NCBI GenBank assembly: GCA_964543035.1
Contig: CAZIVL010000001.1
Coordinates: 45,714 to 109,713, forward strand
Direction: 5' to 3'
DNA: 64,000 nucleotides
Source: an uncultured Gammaproteobacteria bacterium
Lineage (GTDB): Bacteria; Patescibacteriota; Microgenomatia; CAZETR01; Amesbacteraceae
Position numbers and translations under genes: made by a program. Below the pieces are notes generated by a model. The model saw only the letters and a list, made by a program, of their open reading frames with translations, did not search any database and was not told the origin of the DNA. Shown here in pieces: positions 29,029 to 41,191 of the stretch. How positions within the stretch are numbered: the stretch's first letter is position 1; each line of letters starts with the position of its first letter.

Positions 29029-31072
29029 AACAAAACGCGAGTATTTATTCGCGCTTGAGGTCAGTCACTCCGTCGTAAAAAGTGCTATCTGGACCGTAGC
29101 CAACAATCATCCTCAAGCAGTTTCAGTCAGCAGCTGTTTTTCTTGGGATGATGCCTCAGACGACAGTCTCATAGAAGCAGCCGACCAAGCTCTTACCGAG
29201 AGTAGCTTGCATCTCGATCATGCCGGCAAGATTCAGCCCGAAAAAGTGATTTTCGGCCTCCCCTCGGACTGGATTACTTCAGAAGAAAAGATTGTTCCCG
29301 AAAAGCTGCCAATTCTAAAAAAGCTTACCACCAAGCTGTCGCTCACGGCTATCGGTTTTGTTGTTACCCAAGAAGCCATTGTCCGTTTTATTCATAGCCA
29401 AGAAGGCGTCCCCACGACTGCTATTTTAGTCGGTGTCCGCCCTCATATTATTGAGCTGTCTCTCGTCAAGCTGGGCAAGATTCTCGGAACTCACATCATC
29501 AAGCGCGGGCAGGATATTGCCGAAGACGTCATCGAAGGACTATCTCGTTTTCCTCACCAGGATATGTTGCCGTCCCGCATTCTGCTTTACGACTCATCCC
29601 TGGATCTAAATGAAATAAAACAGCAATTACTTTCCCATCAGTGGCTCTCACATCATACTAAGTTGCCCTTTTTACACTTTCCCAAAGTAGAGATCTTGCC
29701 AGAAGATCATACTGTAAAAGCCATCGCTCTCTCAGGTGGCTCCGAAGTCGCAGTTTCACTAGGTCTTATGTCAGAGCCAGCGACGATCGAACCTGAAGCC
29801 CCTCCAGTGATTCCTGAAGTATCCGCCCCAGATGACAACTTAGGTTTTATCGAACACGAGGTCCAAGAAGAGGAGGTGCCAGAGGTAGTAAAATCACGTC
29901 TGACTATGCCCCAGATTTCTCTGCCCAAGTTTTCTGCCTCTCCCATTATCATCATTGTGGTTCTTCTCATTTTGGTGATCGGCTCTTCAGCTGCTTTGTG
30001 GTTCTTGCCGAGGGCTACAGTGGATCTGACTATTGAACCCAAAAAGACCGAGGTCAGTTTTGATCTTGTAGTGGACCCCAAAGGAAACGCCACCAGCTCC
30101 GGCTCTCCTATTATCTTGGGCAAACTCATGGAGACCCTGGCCTCTTCCCAAAAGACTACTGACGCCACCGGCTCAAAATTAGTCGGTGACCGCGCCAAGG
30201 GAGAAGTAACTATGATAAACGGCACGACTGCGACCCGGTCTTTCCCAGCCGGGACCGTCATCATTTCTCCAAGTGGGCTGAAGTTTACTCTCGACGCCGC
30301 AGTTTCTGTTGCATCGGCCTCAGGGACCGCTGATCCAAATTCATATCAGCCCGGCAAATCCAATGTAAAAGTGACCGCAGAAGCCATCGGCACCGACTCA
30401 AATATTTCCGCCGGCACCTCATTTAGAGTCGGCACTTTTTCCACCCTAGATTATGTGGCAAAAAATGACGCCGCTTTTGGGGGCGGCAGCAGTAGGCAAG
30501 CCAAGGCCATTTCAAAAACCGATATCGAGAGTCTGAGGTCTTCTCTTTCCGATTCCCTAAAGACTCAAGCCCAAGAGGATCTTGAAGCCAAGATTGATGA
30601 TGACAACAAAATAATTTTGGAGACTATTGTCTTAACGACTACTTCCGAAAAGTTCAATCACAAAGAAGGCGATATCGCAGACAATGTCACCCTCGAGCTG
30701 TCAGTGAAGGCTTCAGCCGTCAGCATTGCCAAAGCGGATCTCGATGCCGTGGTGGAAGAACAATTGGGTCCCAAGATTCCCGAAGGCTTTACTCCCACAG
30801 ATTCCGTCACTCCCCATTTTGTTTTCAAGTCCACCAAAGATGGCCTAACCAGTCTTACAACCACTGTGGAAGCAGAGCTCATTCCTGTATATGACCAGGT
30901 GCAAATCGCAAAAAATATCGTAGGCAAAAGGCCAGCCACGGCCCAGGAATATCTTTTGAGCCTGCCCCAAGTCAGAGACGTCCAGATGTCATACTTCCCG
31001 CCAGCTCCCGGGTTTCTCGTTACGCTTCCTCACGTGGCCAAAAATATTAAGCTAAATCTGGTCTCTCCCTAA
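28997..31072 (+). CDS. Actin-fold (FtsA/PilM-like) cytoplasmic domain - single TM - large extracytoplasmic domain fusion protein
   Basis: N-terminal ~330 aa align in pattern to FtsA/PilM (YLFALEV…, …TAILVGVRPHIIELSLV…) but nucleotide-binding glycine motifs are degenerate; TM at ~aa 320-345; start overlaps alaS 3' end. Confidence 0.5.
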   Translation: MQLPFLKKKTETKREYLFALEVSHSVVKSAIWTVANNHPQAVSVSSCFSWDDASDDSLIEAADQALTESSLHLDHAGKIQPEKVIFGLPSDWITSEEKIVPEKLPILKKLTTKLSLTAIGFVVTQEAIVRFIHSQEGVPTTAILVGVRPHIIELSLVKLGKILGTHIIKRGQDIAEDVIEGLSRFPHQDMLPSRILLYDSSLDLNEIKQQLLSHQWLSHHTKLPFLHFPKVEILPEDHTVKAIALSGGSEVAVSLGLMSEPATIEPEAPPVIPEVSAPDDNLGFIEHEVQEEEVPEVVKSRLTMPQISLPKFSASPIIIIVVLLILVIGSSAALWFLPRATVDLTIEPKKTEVSFDLVVDPKGNATSSGSPIILGKLMETLASSQKTTDATGSKLVGDRAKGEVTMINGTTATRSFPAGTVIISPSGLKFTLDAAVSVASASGTADPNSYQPGKSNVKVTAEAIGTDSNISAGTSFRVGTFSTLDYVAKNDAAFGGGSSRQAKAISKTDIESLRSSLSDSLKTQAQEDLEAKIDDDNKIILETIVLTTTSEKFNHKEGDIADNVTLELSVKASAVSIAKADLDAVVEEQLGPKIPEGFTPTDSVTPHFVFKSTKDGLTSLTTTVEAELIPVYDQVQIAKNIVGKRPATAQEYLLSLPQVRDVQMSYFPPAPGFLVTLPHVAKNIKLNLVSP

Positions 31073-31747
31073 ATGGCAAAAAAATGGGCCTTGGGTTTTA
31101 TCTTCTTGGGTAGTGTGGTTTTAGGCAGTGTCACTTTTCCGATATTGGCTTCCTGGGTCAGCTTTCAGATAGATCGTATGACCGCCCTCGTCGATCCATC
31201 GGCCACCTCGCATTTGATTACCACCCGTGAGCCAGTGTTCATAAATGTCTTGGGTTTTGCCACCACCGATTATTCTCTGCCGGCCAATTGGTTTCCCAGT
31301 GTCCAGTATGGTTCTCAGACTACTTCTACTCAAGTCAAATTTTTTTCCCTATCCATCCCCGACCTAGATATGTTTGACGTAGCAGTTGAAGTAAATGGCA
31401 ACGATCTCAAAAAAAACGCCATTCACTATCCCGGCACTTCACTCCCAGGCACTTATGGCAACTCAGTTATTTTCGGCCACTCGGCTCTGCCCCAGTTTTA
31501 CAAGTCAGGCAATCCTCTGACGATTTTCAATCCTTTGGTAAAAGCCCAGGTGGGACAAAGAGTAGTCGTCAGTTTTGACGGCGCCGTCTACACATATATG
31601 ATAAAAAAGATTCAGGAAGTGACTCCTGACAAAGTCGAGGTTTTGGGCCAGGCCTTCGACCGCCATACCTTGACTCTCATCACTTGTACTCCCCTTGGTA
31701 CTTACTGGCACCGCCTAGTGGTCACCGCCGAGCTGCTAGACGAATAG
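31073..31747 (+). CDS. Sortase-family cysteine transpeptidase
   Basis: N-terminal TM; His motif IFGHSA; catalytic TLITC; C-terminal Arg. Confidence 0.75.
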   Translation: MAKKWALGFIFLGSVVLGSVTFPILASWVSFQIDRMTALVDPSATSHLITTREPVFINVLGFATTDYSLPANWFPSVQYGSQTTSTQVKFFSLSIPDLDMFDVAVEVNGNDLKKNAIHYPGTSLPGTYGNSVIFGHSALPQFYKSGNPLTIFNPLVKAQVGQRVVVSFDGAVYTYMIKKIQEVTPDKVEVLGQAFDRHTLTLITCTPLGTYWHRLVVTAELLDE

Positions 31748-31791
31748 CCACGTTGTTCCCGCAAACGCGGGAATCTTGTATATTTACATTT

Positions 31792-31962
31792 ATGTCTCAA
31801 GAAGAAGAAAAATCTGATCAAACCAAAGGCTTTGCGCCGAGTGTGACTGGTGCACTTCTTACAGCACTAGTCAGAGATAATGAAGCAAGAGAGGATCCTC
31901 CTATCCAAATTGTGTTGGCCTCTGAAAAGACACGCGAGCCTCTAGATACTTCGTCATCCTGA
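31792..31962 (+). CDS. Small hypothetical protein whose stop lies in repeat R5
   Basis: 57-aa ORF (MSQEEEKSDQ…); weak. Confidence 0.2.
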   Translation: MSQEEEKSDQTKGFAPSVTGALLTALVRDNEAREDPPIQIVLASEKTREPLDTSSS

Positions 31963-31992
31963 CCCCGCAGCTGCGGGGGAAGGATCCAGTAC
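31953..31992 (+). repeat. Repeat family copy R5: GTCATCCTGA-CCCCGCAGCTGCGGGGG-AAGGATCCAGTA
   Basis: Seen directly; identical to R1. Confidence 0.85.
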
Positions 31993-32013
31993 CATTAAGA
32001 TATAATTCTGATC

Positions 32014-32367
32014 ATGAACATTCTTGGACTTGACTACGGTGCAAAATATATTGGTGTGGCCCTCGCCACGAGTCCCTTAGCAGAGCCACTGACGACAATT
32101 CCCACAGACCGATTTTTTGCCGAACTACCGGCCCTTATTGAGAAGCATCAGGTCACCCACATAATAATAGGTGATCAAACTCCACAGGAATTCATCGCCC
32201 AACTAAAAACTAATAACCAAGAACTAATAACCATTGACGAGACACTTTCATCTCACGACGCCCGCCAGTCTCTTCTGCACACCACCCAGACTAGAAGAAA
32301 AGAAAACGAGCACTCAGTCGCCGCCGCCATCATCCTCCAATCCTGGCTTGACTCCACCACTAAATGA
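32014..32367 (+). CDS. YqgF/RuvX-like putative pre-16S rRNA nuclease (Holliday-junction-resolvase fold)
   Basis: MNILGLDYGAKYIGVA… and …ITIDETLSSHDA motifs; contains the heptamer array at 32203-32237 (KTNNQELIT). Confidence 0.8.
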   Translation: MNILGLDYGAKYIGVALATSPLAEPLTTIPTDRFFAELPALIEKHQVTHIIIGDQTPQEFIAQLKTNNQELITIDETLSSHDARQSLLHTTQTRRKENEHSVAAAIILQSWLDSTTK

Positions 32368-32702
32368 TCGATAATACGGCCATGTCAGGTATCGAAACAA
32401 AAATCCAAGCTCGAAATGCAGACTCAGAGCTCTTGGGACAAGAATTTAAATGTACCGGTAATCCTGAAGTAGGAATTGAAGTCGTCGGATTAATGATATA
32501 CTTCACAACCTTCGATGGTGAAGGAAGAATGGTCGACGATAGGTCATGGAATCCACTTGCCGGTTGTACTTATCGAGGGGCGACAGGAGAATGTCTAAAA
32601 GGGGGCGGTTATTGCAGGGTAGCTGGGGCAGCCCCTCTTGCTGAGTATCACAGAAGAGTAAGTCAACTGAAAAAACTCGATAAATTTGACCCTTCCAGAT
32701 AA
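32364..32702 (+). CDS. Hypothetical protein
   Basis: 112-aa ORF, overlaps the yqgF stop. Confidence 0.3.
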   Translation: MIDNTAMSGIETKIQARNADSELLGQEFKCTGNPEVGIEVVGLMIYFTTFDGEGRMVDDRSWNPLAGCTYRGATGECLKGGGYCRVAGAAPLAEYHRRVSQLKKLDKFDPSR

Positions 32703-32750
32703 TATTCATTTAGTATTGACTCTCCCTGTTTCACATAGTAAGGTAACTGG

Positions 32751-32945
32751 ATGTTCAAGAATGTCATTTCTCCGGTCCAGGCTTGGCTTCTTTCCCAAGG
32801 TCGTTGTGTAGGCTGCGGCACCGATCTAGGTACAGCCAAGACGGAATCCCACAAATCCGGAGAAAAAGTCACTTGTGAGAAATGTGGTCGCATCTTCATC
32901 AAGACTTCCGGAAAATACCGCCGCGCTCTCTTTGAGGAAATATAG
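32751..32945 (+). CDS. Zn-ribbon small protein (hypothetical)
   Basis: 64 aa; CVGCGT…CEKCG. Confidence 0.3.
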   Translation: MFKNVISPVQAWLLSQGRCVGCGTDLGTAKTESHKSGEKVTCEKCGRIFIKTSGKYRRALFEEI

Positions 32946-33922
32946 TGAAAAAAGCTTTTCTTCTGTTTTTTGCTCTCTCTATCGTTTCATTTGCTTTTGG
33001 ATTAGGTGGCTATCTTCTGTGGGACTTTTATACAAAAGCCCCCACTCCGGGCTCAGATAGCAAGATCAGCTTCACGATTACCAAAAACCAATCTGCAGCC
33101 CAGACTATTGAGAATCTCAAGTCCCAGCAGCTGATCAAATCCGATCTAGCAGCCAAACTTTATTTGCGAGCCACTGGATTGGACCAAAAAATCAAGCCAG
33201 GAGCGTACCTCGTTTCTCCTGGTCTTTCGCTATCAGAGATAGTAGGAGTCCTCATAGATGGCCCCCAGGATATATGGGTGACGATCCCCGAGGGTTGGCG
33301 AAGAGAGCAGGTAGCCTCGCGCCTAAGAGAGACCATTGTAGGCTTTGATATCCAAGAGTTTTTGGCCAAGACGGTCCCTCTCGAGGGCCAGCTTTTCCCC
33401 GATACTTATCTGATTCCCACCGAAGCCACGGTGGACACTGTCTTGGCCATCTTCCAAAAAAACTTTGTCAAAAAATCTGGCCTCACTCTACCCCGCGACC
33501 GGGACATCCTGATTATCGCCTCCATGATTGAGCGTGAAGCCCGTGAGGGGACTGATAGGCCAAAAGTGGCTTCCGTCATCTACAACCGCCTGGAGATCGG
33601 TATGCCCCTTCAGATCGACGCTACTGTCCAGTACGCCCGGGACTCCGCAAAAGACTGTGCAACTGGTCAACTGAGAAACTGTGAATATTGGGAACCAATT
33701 TTTGATACAAAATTCCCATCTCTCTATAACACGTACCTAAAAAACGGCCTTCCTCCCGGACCCATTGCCAGTCCCGGCCTAGCCTCGATTCAGGCTGCCC
33801 TCGTGCCTGACCAGACCGACTTTCTCTACTATCTGACCGGAAACGACGGTGTGACGTATTTTGCAAAAACCCTGTCCGAGCACAACGCAAACGTCCAAAA
33901 GTACTTGCTTGACAAGCCATGA
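32945..33922 (+). CDS. mltG: Endolytic murein transglycosylase MltG/YceG
   Basis: N-terminal TM, YceG-like domain (…LQIDATVQYAR…YNTYLKNGLPPGPIASPG…). Confidence 0.8.
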   Translation: MKKAFLLFFALSIVSFAFGLGGYLLWDFYTKAPTPGSDSKISFTITKNQSAAQTIENLKSQQLIKSDLAAKLYLRATGLDQKIKPGAYLVSPGLSLSEIVGVLIDGPQDIWVTIPEGWRREQVASRLRETIVGFDIQEFLAKTVPLEGQLFPDTYLIPTEATVDTVLAIFQKNFVKKSGLTLPRDRDILIIASMIEREAREGTDRPKVASVIYNRLEIGMPLQIDATVQYARDSAKDCATGQLRNCEYWEPIFDTKFPSLYNTYLKNGLPPGPIASPGLASIQAALVPDQTDFLYYLTGNDGVTYFAKTLSEHNANVQKYLLDKP

Positions 33923-33951
33923 TATAACTGTTATAACCAAAGCTAATTGAG

Positions 33952-34008
33952 ATCGGCAATGCAAGTTGCCGATTATTTGCGCAGCAAAAGCGCCTTTTTG
34001 TTTTTTCA
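33952..34008 (+). terminator. Two terminator-like hairpins after mltG (ATCGGCAA-tgcaag-TTGCCGAT; then GCGC-agcaaaa-GCGC + CTTTTTGTTTTTT)
   Basis: Seen directly in the spacer upstream of rpoB. Confidence 0.4.
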
Positions 34009-34047
34009 GAAAGTAGTACTCAACTCCCGCCCAAAAAACCAACAGCG

Positions 34048-37000
34048 ATGTCGCAATCACAACGCCTTTACTGGGGTAAATCCTACACCAATTTACCCAA
34101 ATTGAGTCTCAATCAAATTCAGCTGGATTCTTGGAAGTGGTTTTTGGAAGTCGGAATCAAGGATGCCATAGCGGAGATTACTCCTATCGAAGACTTCACT
34201 TCAAAAAATTGGCACCTCGAGCTAGGTGGCCACTCCATAGAAAAACCCAGTATTACTCCCAAGCACGCTCTCAAAAAAGGCCTTACCTACTCAGTACCTC
34301 TTAGAGTCCAAGCCAAGCTTACCAACAAGCAGACAAACAAAACTACCGCCGGCGAAGTCTTTTTGGGAGATCTTCCCCAGATGACGGATCGTGGTACTTT
34401 TATTATTAACGGCGTGGAACGTGCAGTCATCAACCAAATCGTCCGTTCCCCGGGCGTTTATTTTGGCTCCGAGTTAGATGCCGCCTCAGGCAGACTGTTG
34501 CACACCGCCGAGCTGCGCCCAATCAGAGGCACCTGGCTTGAGTTCGAAGTCGCCCGTGGCGACTCAGTCACAGTCAGGATTGACCGCCGCCGCAAGTTCC
34601 CAGTCACCACCCTCCTTCGCGCCATGGGTTATTCTGACAATGCCCAGATTTTGGCCCTCTTCAAAGATGTCGACACCGATTCTAGTCACACTTATCTGGA
34701 TGCCACTCTGGCCAAAGATCCTACCAAGACAACCGAAGAGGCTCTGATCGAAATCTACAAAAAGATGCGCCCCGGCGAGCCAATTGTTTTAGAAAACGCC
34801 CAAAGACTCGCATTTGATCTTTTCTTCAATCCCAGAAGATACGATCTCGGCAAAGTCGGCAGATACAAGCTCAACAAGAGACTTCAGACAGAAGCCACCC
34901 AACAGGTTCTCACTCGTGACGATCTGGTCGGTACTATCAAGTACTTGATCGGTCTCCAAAATGGCGTGGGCAAGATCGATGACATCGATCATCTGGCCAA
35001 TCGCAGACTTCGAAGAGTGGGTGAGCTAGTCGCCCAGACTGCTTTTAGAGACGGACTCTTGCGACTCGAAAGAACCATCAAAGAAAAAATGAGTTTGGTC
35101 TCCACCGAAGATTTGGTTTCTCCCACCCAGCTGGTCAACGCCAGACCCGTCATCGCCTCAGTCAACGAATTCTTCAGAAGCTCTCAGCTGTCCCAGATTC
35201 TAGAGCAGACCAACCCCTTGTCCGAGATCGATCATTTGCGAAGACTCACCGTTATGGGACGAGGCGGTATTACTCGTGAGCGTGCTTCATTTAGTATCCG
35301 CGACGTCAATTCTTCCCAATACGGCCGCATCGATCCAATTAGATCTCCCGAAGGAGCCAACATCGGTCTCGTCACCTACCTCGCTTTGTATGCCAGAGTC
35401 AATGACTATGGCTTCCTCGAAGTCCCTTACCGAAAAGTTCTCAAAGATGAAAAAGGTGGAGTAACTCGCGTCAAAGTCACAGACGAAATCGTCTACCTGA
35501 CCGCCGACGATGAAGAGAGCTATCGCATTAGTCACGGCGATGTCCAGACCGACGAAAATGGTTACATTTTGGATACTTGGCTTCCTATCCGTTACCAAAA
35601 CGCTTTTTCAGAAGGACCCGCCGGTCAAATTGATTTCATCGACGCAGTTCCCAGGCAGCTTGTGGGAGCTTCCGCTTCACTCATTCCTTTTGTCGCCAAT
35701 GACGCTGCCAACCGCGCACTCATGGGTTCAAACATGCAGACTCAAGCCGTCCCACTTCTCAAGTCAGAGAGTCCAGTCGTGGGAACCGGCATGGAGATCG
35801 ATGTTGCCAAATCCCTAGGCTGGTGTGTCTACGCCAGACACGGTGGTGTAGTCTCATATGTAGACGCCGAAAAGATCAGTATCAAGCTCGACAAAAAGCC
35901 CGAAAGATTTGACGCCGCCGAAAACATTACTGTCAAAGGTGACGTCGAGACTTATCACCTCGAGAAGTTCAAGCGCACTTCCCAAAGCTCTTGTTTCAAT
36001 CAGGTTCCAGTCGTCACCATGGGCCAAAAGATCACAGCCGGCCAATTGCTAATCGACGGTCCCTCTACCCAAAATGGTGAGATCGCTTTAGGTCAAAATC
36101 TGACTATCGCCTACGCATCCCTCGATGGACTCGGGTACGAAGACGCCATCGTCATCTCAGATCGTCTAGTCTCCCAAGATCTTCTCACTTCCATCCATGT
36201 CGAAGAGCACGAAGCCGACGTCGTGGATACCAAGCTTGGCCCCGAAGAGCTGACTCGCGATATTCCCAATGTCGGTGAAGTGTATCTGGCTCATCTAGAT
36301 GCCGAAGGTATCATCACCGTCGGTTCCGAAGTCGGTCCCAACGATATTTTGGTCGGAAAAATTGCTCCCAAAGGCGAGACTGAGCTGTCTGCAGAAGAGA
36401 GATTGCTACGCGCCATCTTCGGAGAAAAAGCTCGCGATGTTCGAGACACTTCACTCCGCATGCCCCATGGTGAGCGCGGCACAGTCATCGATGTCCATGT
36501 CTTAGACCGGGATGCCGGCGACGAGCTTCCTCCTGGTGTAAACAAGCGCGTGGTCATCAAAGTAGCTCAGATCCGAAAGATCAGTGTGGGAGACAAATTG
36601 GCCGGTCGTCACGGAAACAAAGGCGTCATCAGTAAGATCGTCCCAGTCGCCGACATGCCTCATCTTGAGGACGGCACTCCTGTCGACATCATGATGTCTA
36701 CCCTCTCAGTTCTCTCTCGTATGAACTTGGGTCAGCTGTGGGAAGCCAGACTCGGTTGGGCCATGGAGAAGCTTGGTAAAAAAGTGGCCGTCCCCGTCTT
36801 TGAAAAGATCTCCGAAGACAAGATAGCAGACGTTATGACCCAAGCCGGACTCCCCGTATCTGGCAAGGCCTATCTATACGATGGTCGCACCGGTCAGCGC
36901 TGGATCGAGCCCACAGTTGTGGGAGTGGGCTACATCTTGAAGCTCCATCACATGGTCGAGGACAAGACTCACGCCAGGTCCACTGGACCATACTCTCTTG

Positions 37001-37428
37001 TTACCCAGCAACCTTTGGGAGGCAAGGCCCAAATGGGAGGTCAAAGACTCGGAGAAATGGAAGTCTGGGCGCTCGAGGCTCACAAGGCTTCTCATACTCT
37101 GCAAGAGATGTTGACCATCAAGTCCGACGACGTCGTCGGCCGTGCCAAAGCCTTCGAGGCCATCGTCAAGGGTACTGATATCCCGACCAGTTCTGTGCCC
37201 GAATCCTTCAACGTTTTGGTCAAAGAGCTCCAGAGTTTGGGTCTGCAGATTATTCCCCAAGGCGTCAAGATCAAGCCCGCAGACGATCCAGCTGCCAAGA
37301 CTGCTACTACTACATCTTCCACGCCCGCAGACGATGCCTCAGATGATGCTGTACAATTAGGAGCCGAAGATGCGGTGGCTACCGGCGAGTTAAAGATCGT
37401 CGAGGAAGGATCAGAAAACAATGAGTAA
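34048..37428 (+). CDS. rpoB: DNA-directed RNA polymerase subunit beta
   Basis: 1126 aa; full-length RpoB conservation. Confidence 0.97.
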   Translation: MSQSQRLYWGKSYTNLPKLSLNQIQLDSWKWFLEVGIKDAIAEITPIEDFTSKNWHLELGGHSIEKPSITPKHALKKGLTYSVPLRVQAKLTNKQTNKTTAGEVFLGDLPQMTDRGTFIINGVERAVINQIVRSPGVYFGSELDAASGRLLHTAELRPIRGTWLEFEVARGDSVTVRIDRRRKFPVTTLLRAMGYSDNAQILALFKDVDTDSSHTYLDATLAKDPTKTTEEALIEIYKKMRPGEPIVLENAQRLAFDLFFNPRRYDLGKVGRYKLNKRLQTEATQQVLTRDDLVGTIKYLIGLQNGVGKIDDIDHLANRRLRRVGELVAQTAFRDGLLRLERTIKEKMSLVSTEDLVSPTQLVNARPVIASVNEFFRSSQLSQILEQTNPLSEIDHLRRLTVMGRGGITRERASFSIRDVNSSQYGRIDPIRSPEGANIGLVTYLALYARVNDYGFLEVPYRKVLKDEKGGVTRVKVTDEIVYLTADDEESYRISHGDVQTDENGYILDTWLPIRYQNAFSEGPAGQIDFIDAVPRQLVGASASLIPFVANDAANRALMGSNMQTQAVPLLKSESPVVGTGMEIDVAKSLGWCVYARHGGVVSYVDAEKISIKLDKKPERFDAAENITVKGDVETYHLEKFKRTSQSSCFNQVPVVTMGQKITAGQLLIDGPSTQNGEIALGQNLTIAYASLDGLGYEDAIVISDRLVSQDLLTSIHVEEHEADVVDTKLGPEELTRDIPNVGEVYLAHLDAEGIITVGSEVGPNDILVGKIAPKGETELSAEERLLRAIFGEKARDVRDTSLRMPHGERGTVIDVHVLDRDAGDELPPGVNKRVVIKVAQIRKISVGDKLAGRHGNKGVISKIVPVADMPHLEDGTPVDIMMSTLSVLSRMNLGQLWEARLGWAMEKLGKKVAVPVFEKISEDKIADVMTQAGLPVSGKAYLYDGRTGQRWIEPTVVGVGYILKLHHMVEDKTHARSTGPYSLVTQQPLGGKAQMGGQRLGEMEVWALEAHKASHTLQEMLTIKSDDVVGRAKAFEAIVKGTDIPTSSVPESFNVLVKELQSLGLQIIPQGVKIKPADDPAAKTATTTSSTPADDASDDAVQLGAEDAVATGELKIVEEGSENNE

Positions 37429-40400
37429 AAAAGACGAAATCAAAATCGATCACATCCGCGATTCATTCAAAAATATCGCAGATTTTACAAGCTTGCAGAT
37501 CAAGCTGGCTTCCGATGAGGTCATAAAAGCCTGGTCCCACGGTGAGGTAACCAAGCCCGAGACCATCAACTACCGCACGCTGCGCCCCGAAAAAGACGGT
37601 CTGTTCGACGAGCGCATTTTTGGTCCCGTCAAAGACTGGGAATGTTACTGTGGCAAGTACAAGAGAATCCGCTACAAAGGTATCATCTGCGACAAATGTG
37701 GAGTCGAAGTCACTCACAGTCGAGTTCGTCGCGAGCGCATGGGTCACATCACTCTCGCTTGTCCCGTCGCCCACGTCTGGTATTTCAAGGGCGCTCCCTC
37801 CAAGCTGTCTCTTCTCATGGACGTCTCTCCCAAGAGCTTGGAATCAGTAGTCTACTTTGCCCAATACATCGTCACTTCAGTGGATCTCAAGCAGCAAGAA
37901 AAGACCGTGGAGATGCTAAAAAAGCAGGCCGAGGAAAAACGCGGAGAGATCAAAAAAGATTACGATGCTCGCATTGCCAAAATTCAAAAAGAAGGCGACG
38001 AATTATTACGTGATATCAAATCCCAAAAGATGGGGGACGATGCCAGGGCCTTGAGTCTCGACCAGTCAGGCCTCAAGCTCAAGCAAACAATTCAAGCCAT
38101 GCGCGAGCAAGAGATCTTGGAAGCAGACAAGACCGTCAGTATTTATCAGCTTCTTTCCGATATTGTTTCCTCCATTCGTCTGGCCAGTATCATCTCCGAG
38201 GATGAGTATGCCAAGTTGGTCGAATATGATTGTCTCGAGTTTGCCACTGTGGGTATGGGAGCCGAGAGTATCTTGGACGTCATAAAAAACATCGATTTAT
38301 CCAAGCTAGGTGCAGATCTTCGGGCCGAAGTCGGCAGTTCCACCGGTCAAAGACATATCAAAGCCACCAAGAGACTCAGAGTAGTCGACGGCCTAAAAAG
38401 ATCCGGTGTCAATCCCGCATGGATGGTTCTTCTCACCGTTCCCGTCATCCCACCCGATCTCCGCCCTATGGTTCAGCTTTCTGGTGGTCGCTTTGCTTCA
38501 TCTGATCTGAACGATCTCTACCGCCGCGTCATAAACAGAAACAATCGCTTAAAGCATCTTATGGATCTGGGCGCTCCCGAGATCATTTTGCGAAACGAAA
38601 AGCGCATGTTGCAAGAAGCAGTCGACGCTTTGATCGATTCTACTCAGAGAGCGACCAGAACTACCAGACTCCCCGCCGCGGCCAAATCCAAGTCGCTGTC
38701 AGATATGTTGCGAGGCAAGCAAGGCCGCTTCAGACAAAATCTCTTGGGTAAGCGCGTCGATTACTCAGGAAGATCAGTCATCGTAGTCGGACCTGAGCTC
38801 AAGATCAATCAATGTGGTCTCCCCAAAGACATGGCTCTTGAGATGTTCAAGCCATTTGTTTTGCGCCAGATGATCGTCCAAGGTCTAGCACCAAACGTAA
38901 AATCCGCCAAAAACTTGCTGGAGTCCAGACCTCCCGAAGTCTTTGATATCTTGGAAGAGATAACCAAGAATCACCCCGTGCTCCTAAATCGTGCTCCCAC
39001 CTTGCACAAGCTGTCTATCCAAGCTTTCTATCCTATTTTGGTCGAAGGTTCCGCCATCAAGATTCACCCCTGTATCTGTGCTGGTTTCAACGCCGACTTC
39101 GACGGAGATCAGATGGCAGTCCACGTGCCACTTAGTGAAAAATCCATCGAGGAAGTAAAGACTCTCATGACTCCCGAGAACAATCTGCGAAAGCCTTCCG
39201 ACAGTACTCCCATCAGTATTCCCTCCACCAAGGATATCGCTTTGGGTAACTACTATCTGACTTCCATCGATGCAGCCATTCCCGCCCACCCATCCGCTCT
39301 TTCCAATGCTTCTGAAGCCGTCCTCGCATATCACACTGGCAACATTCAGTTGCGCCAAGCCATCAAAGTCAATTTAGAAGGAACCATTATAGACACCACC
39401 GTCGGCCGCATTCTCTTCAACGAGATTTTGCCCAAAGAGCTACAATTTGTAAACGAAGACGTCAGAAGAGGTGTCATTGTGGGTCTGTTTAGAAAAGCCT
39501 TCAAGATCTATGACGCCGAAACTATCGTCAAGATGATCGACGATGTCAAGAATACTGGTTTCTGGGCCGGCACCATCTCCGGTCTCTCAGTTGGTATCAC
39601 CGACTGTGTGGTTTCCCCCGAAAAAGAGGCTGTTATCACCGCTGCCAACGGTCGCATCAGTGAAGTCGAGAGCAACTACGGCATGGGTCTTATCACCCAA
39701 GAGGAAAAGAGGAGACTGTCTCAAGAAATCTGGATCGAGACCACCGAAAAATTGGCCGACAAAACTTGGGATCTCTTTGACGCCGCCAACCACATTCGTC
39801 TCATCATCGACGCCCAAGTGGGTCGTGCATCTCGTGACCAGGTCCGTCAGATTTCCGCCATGCGTGGACTCGTGGTTGACCCATCAGGACGCATCGTCGA
39901 TCTGCCCATCAAGAGCAACTATCGCCAGGGCTTCTCATCTTTTGAGTACGTGACCGCCGCCCGCGGAGAACGAAAAGGTCTCTCCGATACCGCCATCCGT
40001 ACCGCAGACGCCGGATACTTGACCAGAAGACTAGTCGACGTAGCCCACGATGCCATCATTAGACTCGAAGATTGTAAGACAGCTACAGGACTTTCCATCT
40101 ACAAACCAGGTCGAAGATCCAAGCTCTTTGGGGCTCGCATCTACGGTCGCTACACAGCCGCCGATGTCGTGACCAAAGACGGTACAGTCTTAGTAGGAGC
40201 AGGCCAGATGATCGACGAAGCCGAGGTCAAAGCCATCGAAGAAGCCGGTGTCGAGGAAGTCATTGTCAGATCGCCTCTCACCTGTAATGCCAAGTATGGT
40301 CTCTGTGCCAAGTGTTATGGATTCAGTCTTGCTACTCTCAAGTCCGCAGACATTGGTGATCCAGTCGGAGTCATTGCCGCCCAAAGTATCGGAGAGCCAG

Positions 40401-41167
40401 GAACGCAAATGACCCTGCACGGAAAGCAAGGCGCCAAGACTCTAGGAAACGTCGACGTGACCCAAGGACTTCCCAGGATCGAAGAGCTATTCGAAGCCAG
40501 AATGCCCAAGATGGTTTCTCCTCTGGCCGAGATCCCCGGAACCGTCGAGGTCACCGAGACCGAAGATGGTTATAAGCTCAGAGTTCGAAATACTTCAGTC
40601 AAGCCAGTCGAAGAGCGCGAATACATCATTCCTCTAGCCGCCGAGCTCAGAGTTTCCGAAGGGGATCTGATCGCAGCTGGTAGCCAGCTGGCAGCCGGCA
40701 GTCTGGATGTAAAAGAGGTCCTAGAAGTCAGAGGCCTACGTGGCACCCAAGAATATCTGGTCGACGAGATCCAAGCGGTCTACGAATCCCAAGGTGTCTC
40801 CATTCACGACAAGCACTTTGAAGTTATCGTCAGAAAGATGAGTGACCGCGTCCGCATCTTGACTCAAGGAGACACGGCTTTGCTTCCCGGAGACATCATC
40901 GATCGCGCTCTCTTTGAAGACGAAAATGCCAAGGTCATAGCCGCCGGCGGTGAGCCAGCCACAGGTCAAGTGATTGTCTTGGGTATTACGAGAGCCGCCC
41001 TCAAGACCGGATCATGGCTCTCAGCCGCCTCCTTTATCGAGACCACTTCTCAGCTGTCTGACGCCGCTGTCGAAGGTCGCGTAGATCCTCTCTTGGGTCT
41101 CAAGGAAAACGTCATCATCGGTAGGTTAATTCCGGTTTCAGCGGCAGCCGCAGCCATTGCCCAATAG
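37421..41167 (+). CDS. rpoC: DNA-directed RNA polymerase subunit beta'
   Basis: 1248 aa; Zn-binding CxxC…CxxC, NADFDGD catalytic motif; 8-nt overlap with rpoB. Confidence 0.97.
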   Translation: MSKKDEIKIDHIRDSFKNIADFTSLQIKLASDEVIKAWSHGEVTKPETINYRTLRPEKDGLFDERIFGPVKDWECYCGKYKRIRYKGIICDKCGVEVTHSRVRRERMGHITLACPVAHVWYFKGAPSKLSLLMDVSPKSLESVVYFAQYIVTSVDLKQQEKTVEMLKKQAEEKRGEIKKDYDARIAKIQKEGDELLRDIKSQKMGDDARALSLDQSGLKLKQTIQAMREQEILEADKTVSIYQLLSDIVSSIRLASIISEDEYAKLVEYDCLEFATVGMGAESILDVIKNIDLSKLGADLRAEVGSSTGQRHIKATKRLRVVDGLKRSGVNPAWMVLLTVPVIPPDLRPMVQLSGGRFASSDLNDLYRRVINRNNRLKHLMDLGAPEIILRNEKRMLQEAVDALIDSTQRATRTTRLPAAAKSKSLSDMLRGKQGRFRQNLLGKRVDYSGRSVIVVGPELKINQCGLPKDMALEMFKPFVLRQMIVQGLAPNVKSAKNLLESRPPEVFDILEEITKNHPVLLNRAPTLHKLSIQAFYPILVEGSAIKIHPCICAGFNADFDGDQMAVHVPLSEKSIEEVKTLMTPENNLRKPSDSTPISIPSTKDIALGNYYLTSIDAAIPAHPSALSNASEAVLAYHTGNIQLRQAIKVNLEGTIIDTTVGRILFNEILPKELQFVNEDVRRGVIVGLFRKAFKIYDAETIVKMIDDVKNTGFWAGTISGLSVGITDCVVSPEKEAVITAANGRISEVESNYGMGLITQEEKRRLSQEIWIETTEKLADKTWDLFDAANHIRLIIDAQVGRASRDQVRQISAMRGLVVDPSGRIVDLPIKSNYRQGFSSFEYVTAARGERKGLSDTAIRTADAGYLTRRLVDVAHDAIIRLEDCKTATGLSIYKPGRRSKLFGARIYGRYTAADVVTKDGTVLVGAGQMIDEAEVKAIEEAGVEEVIVRSPLTCNAKYGLCAKCYGFSLATLKSADIGDPVGVIAAQSIGEPGTQMTLHGKQGAKTLGNVDVTQGLPRIEELFEARMPKMVSPLAEIPGTVEVTETEDGYKLRVRNTSVKPVEEREYIIPLAAELRVSEGDLIAAGSQLAAGSLDVKEVLEVRGLRGTQEYLVDEIQAVYESQGVSIHDKHFEVIVRKMSDRVRILTQGDTALLPGDIIDRALFEDENAKVIAAGGEPATGQVIVLGITRAALKTGSWLSAASFIETTSQLSDAAVEGRVDPLLGLKENVIIGRLIPVSAAAAAIAQ

Positions 41168-41191
41168 ATTTTGGTATAATTAGCCTCAAAT

